This document shows, in pieces, positions 39,013 through 49,553 of a DNA stretch of 64,000 bases. The stretch comes from Magallana gigas (taxonomy: Eukaryota), in the NCBI RefSeq assembly GCF_963853765.1, contig NC_088858.1, positions 6,324,001 to 6,388,000 on the forward strand, read 5' to 3'. Each line of letters starts with the position of its first letter. Positions within the stretch are counted from its first letter, which is position 1. Under the pieces are notes generated by a model. It saw nothing but the letters and a program-made list of their open reading frames with translations, ran no database searches and had not been told where the DNA came from. Made by a program: the position numbers and the translations under genes.

Positions 39013-40396
39013 CATTGGCGGATCCAGAGGGGGGGTTCCGGGGGTCGGAACCCCCCCTTTCTCTGGGACATATGAATTTTTTTGAAAACGTTTAATGCCT
39101 ATTTAAAGACAATTTTTCCCATTTATAATAGAAATACTGTAATTATCTCAAATAAATGCTTTTAAAATTGCTTATTTAAATAATTTCGTATTACGTCCCA
39201 TAATTTTTTTCTTATATAAAAAAAAACCCTATCGATTTTTTATCGAAATAAAGTACATTGTACTCCCCTTTAGCATCCGGTGTTTACTACACTGAGTAAA
39301 CATGTGGAAAATTAAAGAAAAAATACATAAAATTAAGCAGTATCATAGATTTATAATAACATTTACAATGTATCTTCTACTCTATTTCTTTTTTTTTTAA
39401 TCGAATATAGTTCGTACAGTTTTGAACTGACAAGCCATCGAGTAAAACGACTTAACGGTTCAAATACGAGTACACGCATTCGTTTTACTTTAAAAAGCCG
39501 CTTTCAAATGTATTGTTTAGTTAATTAACCTAAATAATTATAATAGATGAGTTTTACTTCGTTTCATACGAAAAATACAAAGAAAACTACATGACCCGCT
39601 TATGCGGGTTATGCTATTTTTCTGGAATGCTAGCTACCTTCATACCCACTTTTAAACACAAAAGAAAGCCTTTTTTGTTTTGTTTCCAAGAATAGGAAAT
39701 TCTGTTACAAACATACCTTGTAAAGGGTTTATATGTAAACCATTATGAAAATGCACAACTTTTCAAACTTTTCTTTTTTAAAATGCTCGCGTCTGTACCA
39801 GTCCGGATGATGTAGCGCACCCATTACAGAGGTCACATCAAGTTCCCTGGGACGACAATTGCTTTTACCATTGTATTACACACGTACCATATTTTCAGCA
39901 GATAAATTATCCCCATTCTTTTGTCATATCATGTCATTTAGACCTTTATTTAAGAAGGCAATCAATAGAAATCAAAATCGATAAATAGTTCAGAATTTAA
40001 AAACATCAAAGACATAAAAAACATTACCAAAATATCCATTTATTAATAGTTTGTCATAATTAGTCTGAGTTGTGTTTTGTTTCTTAGTGTTTCTTTTCTA
40101 TCAAGCAAAGACGCACTGAATTTATCATTGCTGGAAAGTTGGGTTTCTTAAGGCTAGATATAATGCAAATATTCCTTATCTAAACCAAAAAGGCAAAACA
40201 CTCAATAATGCAGTGCACTCTGCTGTTGATATAGATGTGAAATAGATGGTGATGAGATAAATGTTTATTAAATACAGTTGTATACGCACGGAAAACGTTC
40301 AAAAAGTCCTTGTTTATTGACAAATGATGAATTTTGCACATATTGATTTTCATCAAATGGAACCCCCCCTTTTCCAAATTGCTGGATCCGCCTCTG
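39013..40396. mobile_element. About 1.4-kb TIR element (CA..GGCGGATCCAG ends), non-autonomous
   Basis: CATTGGCGGATCCAG / CTGGATCCGCCTCTG termini. GC hairpin GGGGGGGTTCCG-GGGGT-CGGAACCCCCCC just inside the left end. No intact TSD seen. Confidence 0.6.
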
Positions 40397-40879
40397 CGGT
40401 TTATCGACTGTAATCTTTACGAAACGCAAACTAGCTGTAGTTAACGATTCGTTAACTGTAGTTTTCATTTTTAAAACTATTTAACGGTTGTAACTTGAAT
40501 AATAAATTACGAATGCTAATCCGTCAGTAAATAAACAGATAGATAGATAGATTTTGCCGGTAAATATACATTCACATCTGTAAACTATAAATTAAATTCT
40601 TAAACTATAGTAAAGAGTTGTTGATCATAGTTTCACAAATCGTAAAACTATTAAAATTATATCAGATAGTAAACTGTTTTTTAGGTGCAATGATTGTTTT
40701 CTGCGCCATGACACTTCAAATTAACAAAAATGAGCTAAACATAGTTTCACAGCTCATAAACTACGTTTATCTACTGTTAAATATAGTTTACGAACCGTAA
40801 ACTACAATAAAAATTCGTTAAAAAATAAGCGAGTTAAGTTTAAAGTACTGCAAGGACAACAACGGAAACTTCTTCCAAG

Positions 40880-41640
40880 ATAAGTAATGGAGGACCGATA
40901 TTGACATCTCTTTTGTAATGCAAAGGAATCTCAAATGAGGCTGGAGAACTGGTCCAAAATAATAGAAGGCAATTCAAACGCAATCAGAGAAGTTGGTGGC
41001 TACCTTCAAGTTTATCAAGATACAACGCTTCGGATTAATAATCTTTAATTGTCAATCATTGAATATTAAAAATTGTTCATTATAGTAAACGACACAGGTT
41101 TAAAGTTCTAGAAGACTTCTAGTAAACTTCCAAACTAGGTTGCAATGCGTCTGCATCGGAAAGATCAGGAAAGCATTGCTACAACTGGTGGCAATCCATC
41201 CTTCTCTAAACTTGTCGATTTTGTCGCTAAAGGAGACAGTATTGCTTGCAATCAAGTGTCATCGTTAGACTTTGCTCTCAACGACACCTGTATGAGACCT
41301 GCCAAACATCACAGGAAGTCCAGTTGTGTAGTGAATGTCCTTGCGACAACCTCAACCAACCAATCAGCAGAAGGTTATAGGAATTGACACAAGGCCCCAC
41401 CTTTGTGAATGTTGTAAGATAAGAAAAGTTCAACAATTGTTTAAGTGTGAGATATTTGATGCATTGTCTATGATCGATAAACAAGATGATCATACTCAAG
41501 AGACACCTTTGTTTTGGATGCACAAAAAATAAATGCACAAGCTAAGGGACTCAGAAACAACGATTGCAAACGGACACATATGTGACATATGAAAGGGAAA
41601 CATCGAAGTTGTCTTCCTGAATAAAAATCACCAGTGAGAA
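40880..41640 (+). pseudogene. Degraded BEL/Pao LTR-retrotransposon gag relic
   Basis: Interrupted frames give RLENWSKI..AIREVGGYL, SKLPN, PSFSKLVDFVAKGDSIACNQVSS, a decayed C-x2-C knuckle region (LCECCK..QLFKCEIF) and KHRSCL. These resemble recalled Pao gag motifs. Confidence 0.55.
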
Positions 41641-42504
41641 GGCAACAGTTTGAATTCCAGCAAGCCATTTCCTGATAATAAAGCTTTTCTAAATAATAAA
41701 ACAGTAGTGAAGGAGGTGCACGGCTATACACGCAATGTTGTTATAAATATTCTAGAAAAGCTCTTTGCACGTGGTAAGAATGAAGATGGAAAGACATTGC
41801 ATTTTTTACTCTATGGAATAGAGCGTATAGCAGCAAGGAAATATGCATTAAGACTTGCCTTTCAATAGGTTAAAGGAAAACTCTTCTAATTCCATTATTA
41901 TTACCAAACAAACAATCAAACAAAAGGAGATGCTTTCATGTGACAAAAATATTGATTCTCTTGACCTTAGTCTTTGATATCTTCTTAACTTAATCTCCAT
42001 GCAAATTAAATAATCGTGGACATTAGAAGAGCTAAATTCATCTTAACAGCTATATACGTGAATGTTCATTTTTCTGGCATGACATTATCATTTTTTTGTT
42101 ATCGAAAAAAGAGCAATGCCTGTCAAAAAATAAGTGTGAGAGAATGGTTTAAGATCTGGAAGAGAACAGTTGGGCTAACTGTGCTGGAACCCCGCACGTT
42201 AGTGGAGTATGTGAGATATCGGACTAGCTGTGCTGGTTTTCCGCACGTCATTGTCGATGTCATATTTTTAAAGATATCAGTTAATCAAGAATTTCAAAGT
42301 AGTACAAGTTACATTAAAAGACGCTTTTTTATGTAAAACTAAAATCATTTTTTTTTATCAATTCACTATAGTATTCACAATTCACAATTAACCATGGCAA
42401 ATAGTCAACACATTTTTGAAAATAAAACAATGAATAATCAACACTTACAGTAGTCTTATTATTTATATTGCACTTCATCACAGTATAAAAAAGTGTTAAA
42501 ATGT

Positions 42505-44128
42505 TCAGGCATATAAAGACATAAGGTGCTTTCGCTTATCAATTCCTATGTTCCCTCCACAAGCAACCACAACTACTTTCTTCCCGCTGAATCTCTCGGG
42601 GTTCTTCATGTAGGCACCAAGTGTCATGCCAGCCGCTCCTTCCACAACCTGATGGAACCAGAGCAAGATTGTGTTGAAAATTAAAAAGAAAACATCAATA
42701 GCATCAAACTAACAAGAATGTCCGAAATATTAAAGAACAGTCCACAAGCGAACATATTTGTAGGAAACATTAATATCTCTGACCAAGATGTCCATATTAT
42801 AGAAGCATAGGTAATCAAAGATTACAGAGCTTATATCACCCACATGAAGCGAACCCAACATCGCCCCCTTTTCTGAATATTAGATGGAGAGAGGATCAAT
42901 TCTTACCTTACAACCCTCACCCCTACCCAAACGATAGACCCATCTTGTGGTGATGTTGTAACATGAAGATTATGGCTTTCCCTATTTCCTCCTCATCAAC
43001 CAAAATCCAGTCATCCACGTATTCAGCACAAATAGGAAAAGTAATCTACATGAAGAAATATAGGAAACAGAGCGTATCTTTCAAATTCAAAATGAATATA
43101 ATACAATACACACTATAAACTGCATGCTACCGAGTTTTTGTCTACTCCTCCAGAAGTTCCGTCAGACAGCGTGTCCAGGGATTCTTTAAACACCCCCCTG
43201 CCTGCCTTCACACTCTCGTACATCACTTTGGAATTCTTGGGCTGCCATCCTATTATCTACAAACAATGGCTGGATTTAAAATTATGAATTTATGTATTCA
43301 TAAACGTTACTGAAATAAAGATGACTTCTACTTACTTCTACAGATGTTCGGACTTGTTTGACGTATCTGGATATTCCAGATAACAAGCTTCCGCCCTCCG
43401 ACAGGAACTAAAATACAGCCAACATCAGGACAGCTCTCTAAAATCTCTATTCTGTAAAATTTTATTTAAAAGATCACTTGCATATCATTTTATTGAATTG
43501 AACCTTTTAAGCCTTTTCAAAGCTTTTTATTACATTTGCTGTTTTCCAGAACAGCACGTGAACTTTTTACACATGTTTTATTGCAAACTCGTTTTTGAAG
43601 GAATTTTTTTACAGTAATCAGTACACACCTTGAGGTTGTTCTTCATATCATGACTTGTTAATTGCCGCAGTATTTCCAAGTATATTGAGTATTAAATCAA
43701 CATATATCTGTTATGGATCAAAATTCATTGAATCTGGGGCTATTATGGATCGGATACCTTAATAAGGCCTTTGATAGTACACAGTTTACTACAGAACAAC
43801 TTGCCCAACGGTTCCACAGCCAGCTATGATATCTACGTCATTGTATGATGACACAAATTCTTTTTGCTCCCTCTAGATAAATATAAACAAAAAAGATTAT
43901 GATAATTATTCTGATTTTCTAGTATTCAGTATGTTTCTGCATCTTTTGGCACCAATACACGTGGTTCACCTTTGCGTCGGCTCTAGCCTCGTTTTCAGCC
44001 TCCACATAGTCGTTTCCACGTAGCACCACTTGAACCCCTCTGTCCAGGAGAGCCTGCTTCTTGTGTTCGTCCACACATTGCCTACAGTATACAGTCAATG
44101 GAATACTCAAGGTCCCTCTGGCTTCAAC
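42505..44128 (-). pseudogene. Tandem partial duplicate (exons 3-8) of the dehydratase gene, pseudogenising
   Basis: Exon-by-exon homology with 45289-47512, including the 3' UTR. It has a +1 insertion in the GGGG loop exon (about 43395), a GC exon-4 donor, and an exon-7 donor GT changed to AT (about 42942). No copies of exons 1-2 found. Confidence 0.85.
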
Positions 44129-45288
44129 CTGTTAAACAAATATATTGGTTTTGGGATAAGATCTGAGGCAACTTGTTATAGAGTACACTGTTAGATAGCT
44201 GTTATGCTTTTGATCCGTTCACGAAAATTACTTTACATTGTAAAAGCTTTACACTAGCAGGTCGCAGGATCTAAGAGTTCTCAAAGCAAGTTCGCTAGAA
44301 ATATTAGGATTTCATTCCAGTTATTCTTTTATCAATAAATGATACTCGTTTCTTCACTGATTTTAAGATAATTTTCAAACTAATACATTTAAACTTTAAT
44401 TGTTGTAAACCATTTCATAATTAGTATCAATATCAGACAAAAACAGATTAGTTGTACTGTCCTTGGGTGTTCCCACTGATGTCCACCTCTTGATCGTCAT
44501 ATACATTGTATAGGCCTATACAACTGTCTCCAAAATGTCTTATGCCATCCAATATTTCCGCAGAGTTTTTATTTTTAGATAGAAAGGCGTTTCAAAGGTA
44601 AAATCTTGGGATTGTTTTACACATTTATGAATGAACATCGTTTTAACCCATGGGTAATTATGAATATCAAATAATTTATGAAAATATTGCATAAATATCT
44701 TAAGACAGTAAAATCATGTGCATAGCATTGTATAAATGTTGATGTGCCTGCCTTTCAATCTTGCGTCTATGGTCTATGGGATTCCATTACAGCGGGCACA
44801 GCTCTACACCTTTTTCCGGGGATGATGGCTCCTCCTCCAGATCTATTCCTGATATGAAGACATCAGTGACTTTGGATGAAAGGTGTCCTCACTTCTGGAC
44901 GCCAAGAATGCCGTTCACTGGTGAGCAAATGGTTTCGCATTGTTTTGTCCGAGACGTATTCCAATAGATACCGATATCTTAGTTCAGACAGTCTAGAGAT
45001 TCCTGATTCTGATATTTGTGTTATTTATTTATTTAAATAAAACTAATAACTTTTAGAGGATACAGCTTATAGAGGAATTAGAGGATACTGATGGGTTATA
45101 AAGGTCAAGTAATTCATGTAAGTTTAATAGCCAGTTTTTGAAGACAAAACTAAGAACATTTTATTCTTTTATTTTTTAAACATGGCAAATAGTCAACATA
45201 CATTTATGAAAAAAAAATAATCAACAGTAGTCTTATCATTTATATTGCACTTCAGCACCAATATAAAAAATAAAGTGTGTTAAAATGT

Positions 45289-48200
45289 TCAGGTATATAA
45301 AGACATAAGGTGCTTTAGCTTTTCGATTCCTATGTTCCCTCCACAAGCAACCACAACTACTTTCTTCCCGCTGAATCTCTCGGGGTTCTTCATGTAGGCA
45401 CCAAGTGTCATGCCAGCCGCTCCTTCCACAACCTGATGGAATCAGAGAAAAATTGTTTTAAAAATTTATAAAAAACAATAGCATGGAATTCAAAATAATG
45501 ATTACCGTAATTAAATAAATGGTATTTGCATTCATGCATTTGGGAATCTTGATCCCAACTTTAATATAACTTCAGTATTTAGAATAAAATTTGGTTTATT
45601 TCAATAATTCTAATCTATTGATCTATTCATTTCAAAATTTTGGACAGATAGGTGCTGCCCACTACTTATGAACTTTTGAGGGAAAGGCTCAACTCATATT
45701 TCACAACCCCTTATCCCTACCAAAACAATAGACCCACCTTGTGGTGATGTTGCAACATGAAGATTATGGCTTTCCCTATTTCCTCCTCATCCACCAAAAT
45801 CCAGTCATCCACGTATTCAGCACACAGAGGGAAAGTGATCTAAATAGGGAAATATCAGATAAAAAATCTCCCTTTAAAACAAATACATGTAATATAGAAG
45901 ACAAAACAAACTATAAATAGAATGCTACCGAGTTTTCTTCTACTCCTCCAGCTGTTCCTTCTGACAGGGTGTCTAGAGATTCTTCAAGCACGATCCTGCC
46001 TGCCTTCACACTCTCAAACATCACTTTGCTATTCTGGGGTTGGCATCCTATTATCTACGATAAAAGATTAAACTACTGTTACAAAAGGATTGTGACTGGT
46101 TTTATACTGAAAATAAAGAAAATTACTGAAAATATGAGAATATTATTGAAGAAAAAGAGATAAAATGGAAAACAAAAAGTTAAAAAGGTTCCCAGTGACC
46201 TCTACAGAAGGTCGGACTTGTTTGACATATCGGGCTATTCCAGATATCAATCCTCCACCTCCAACAGGAACTAAAATACAGTCAACATCAGGACAGCTCT
46301 CTAGAATCTCTTTCCTGTAAGAATATTTAAGATTATACAAGCTTATATTAATACTACGTTACACATAAATTCCTTGATATTTAAAGATTTTAATACGTAA
46401 AATTTTGGATGTACATGTAGAACATTTCTTGAGCTTATCAAAGTTTTTATATATGTAGTCAAAATGCTAGTAAACAGAATTTTTTTTATTGATAATCAAC
46501 ATATGACAGAAGAATGTTTTAATCAATGACAGGCTACTAATTAGACACTTGTGCATTTTAAGGTTGTTCTTGACACACAAAAAAATTGTTTGGTTTGAAA
46601 ATGAATATAATAAAAACTTAGACAAAATTCTTAAGAAATCTTTGGAAAATTTTGCAATTAAAACAAATTCTTTTATAAAGAATATTTCAAATTGATTTCA
46701 TGTCCTTCAAATTGTTTCATAGTTTAAAAATGTAACAATACATGTACAAAATGACACAAGTGTTTGAATGAATTTATTTCTACATAAATCTTTTATTTAC
46801 AATCTGATTATTTTAGAAGTTTCAAAGAAGGTATTTTATTTCATGCCTCAATAGCCACAAATGGTAGTCATGAGGAAAAATACATGTATATAGGGAATTT
46901 GCTATGCTTATTATTATGAATTTGTTGTATGGAAATAAAAAATTATGGGTATAGTGAAGTAAATCTAGTGGTCCCTAGGACTTCACTATATGTATAACAG
47001 TTTTTTACAGCAAATATATTGTATTTATGTGAAGTAAATCTAGTGGTCCCTAGGACTTCACTACATGTATAACAGAGTTTTACAGCAACTAGATGAATGT
47101 CCTTTAAATTTTCAATTATTAATTGCAAGCAAGTTTTTTAGTCTAAATGAATATTTGAGCTTTATACTGATTTTACAAAGTTTACAATACAACAACTTAC
47201 CCAATGGTTCCTTGGCCAGCTATGACATCTACATCATTATATGGTGACACATATTCTTTTTGCTCCCTCTAGAAAATAAAACAAAGGATTACAAAAATAA
47301 CTCTGATATATTTCATGTTTCTGAATTTTCTGGCATCACTCCACATAGTTTACCATTGCGGCGGCTCTAGCCTCGTTCTCAGCCTCCACACAGTCGTTTC
47401 CGTGTAGCACCACTCGAACCCCTCTGTCCAGGAGAGCCTGCTTCTTGTGTTCGTCCACACCTCGCTGACAGTACACAGTCACCGGGATACCCAGGGTCCC
47501 TCCAGCCTCAACCTGTCAACACCAGTGAAGTTGTGTCAGGGTATGATTTGAGGCAATTTGTAATATATCAAACTGTTAAAATACAGTTGTCAGACTTCCT
47601 TTGAAAGGCACACAAAAAACAATATATAAAGAATACCATATGCTAATCAATGTGGATCTACATGTAATTATAGTCAGACCAAGTTCACAAAAATTGTTAT
47701 GATTTAATATAACATATGTCACCAGGTTAATAGGTGTGTGACTGTCAGTCAATATATCGGGTCTTAATAGCTCAGTGGTTAGAGCGCTAGCACGGTATGC
47801 CAGAGGCCCTGGGTACAAGTCCCTGTTGAGACTTGACTATTCACCACCTGTTACACATATATTACAGGCATGGATCTAGCCCCCCCCCCCCCCATCACCT
47901 TTGGGAAATCTAAATTCATATCAAAATAACCAAAAAAGGCCTTGGTGCCCCCACCCAAAGAAAAACATTCTGGGCCAAAGAATGCATTTCTAGCAGTTCT
48001 CCTTATTCTAATAAATGGGGCATCTTCACTGATTTTAAAATTTATCATCAACATGATCAATGTTCAAACTTGAAGATTATGATTCAGTCGGTGCGAGTAA
48101 ACCATTTTACAAATAGCATCAGAAATATTGAATTTACACAAGCCATGCCATGGTTTCCAGAGGATGCTGTGATTATTCCTGAGTGTTTGACTACGTCTCC

Positions 48201-49064
48201 AGCAGATGACAACTTCAACAGCTTGTTGAAAGCACCACGAATCTTAAATGATCCCGTCAACTGTTCACTTTCTAAAAGGATGAAAAAAATATGCTTTTCT
48301 TAATGCATTGAAGTGAATGCCAAGTTCATCATGTTTGATACTAAGAAATGCTTTAGATGACTTGTGCCTGGTGAAAATTTTTTGGCTCTAGTTCAAATGT
48401 CATCAACTCAGGTTATGTACATGTATCATTTCTATGTAGACATTTGGAGGCATCTCATTTATTCTTTTTTCAGGCATTTCATATTTAAAAATTATCTAGA
48501 TTGATCATTTATATCAAAATTATTGCATATTTAAAATCGAAAGTTATAAAAGGGTTTCATGGAAATGTCTTTTAATTGCTCATGTTATAGGAATTTAATT
48601 CTCATCAATTTTTTTTAAAAAATATGTCTGCTTCAGTATGGTATGGATGAATAATTGTTCTCTCAATGTAATAAACAGACCTACATATAACTGCTGTTTG
48701 ACACAAACTGATCAAAACTCAGAGTCTTATTAAAATGGCGCTAAATCTAATACAACAGAATGCTTACAGGAGAAACAGACAATCAAGGAATGCATACTTT
48801 CAGCAAGGGCATGCATAAAAACAAACAAGACTAAGATATAAACTAAAATTCATAATGTTGACCCACCTGAATCAAAATATTAATTACAGTATAGCAGAGA
48901 GTACATTCCTTAAACAAGATGCAATTAGACATACCCAGTTTGATGAAGACTTTGCAGTCAATGCTTTGTTTACTGAGGGGAATGGAGTAAGTGAGAGGCG
49001 TCTTGTAGATATATTGTTGGATCCTCCCATGTGCTTCCAATGTTCTCTGAACCAAACTTTCCAT
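45289..49064 (-). CDS. PLP-dependent L-threonine/serine ammonia-lyase (fold type II, serine racemase/TdcB family), about 325 aa, 8 exons
   Basis: Exons 49064-48935, 48271-48138, 47512-47354, 47268-47201, 46314-46200, 46054-45929, 45839-45738 and 45432-45289 join in phase. Motifs: TGSFKIRGA (PLP lysine), TASSGNHG, YVSPYNDVDVIAGQGTIG, VPVGGGGLISG, VVEGAAG, CGGNI. Confidence 0.93.
46954..47089. repeat. 75-bp tandem duplication containing a small hairpin
   Basis: GTGAAGTAAATCTAGTGGTCCCTAGGACTTCACT..TATAACAG occurs twice with period 75. Confidence 0.85.
47717..47855 (+). mobile_element. 139-bp solo LTR containing a tRNA-like sequence (Helenus-like TRIM)
   Basis: TGTCAC...GTTACA termini with a 4-bp TSD CATA on both sides. 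Internal A-box TAGCTCAGTGGTTAGAGC and B-box-like GGGTACAAGTCCC. Confidence 0.75.
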
Positions 49065-49553
49065 AGTCTCTCTGTAAGCCGTCAGCTAAAATAGATTTCA
49101 AAAGTATGGTGAACATTGCCAAAAACAACATTACTTGTTATATTTGTATTTGCCTATCTATGGAAATACATGCATATTGGATTGATAATTCTCATTCACA
49201 ATGTAGATTTTAATAAACAGTAGGAAAACTAATTAGTAAATGTAATTCATGTTCTCAAAGACAACAACATAACAGACAGAAATTACACAAAAAGTGATTA
49301 TCATTACCAGCTTGGTATAGTGAACATAATTCATTCTATCATTAATGTTTTTTAATAGTCCTGTTTTTTGACAAAAATTCAGATAATTTTTAACAACAGT
49401 CAACAGTGTCACCAATTAACTGGCAAGAGCTTTCTTAGCAACAGACTACAATTTCAACTTTTGGACAGTGAGCATAAAACCCACCCAAAACTAAATTGTT
49501 CTGTTCCTCTCACTTAAAAGATTTTTTTTGTGTTAATAAAATGTTAACAATAC

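Noticed and set aside
44761-44990. Candidate missing 5' exons of the duplicated dehydratase
   Set aside because: No SFKIRG or TASSGNH motif in any frame. Probably an unrelated repeat fragment.
47755-47830. Genuine tRNA gene
   Set aside because: The acceptor stem does not pair, the B-box is mutated (GGTACAAG), and it is enclosed by TG..CA with a 4-bp TSD. Treated as an LTR.
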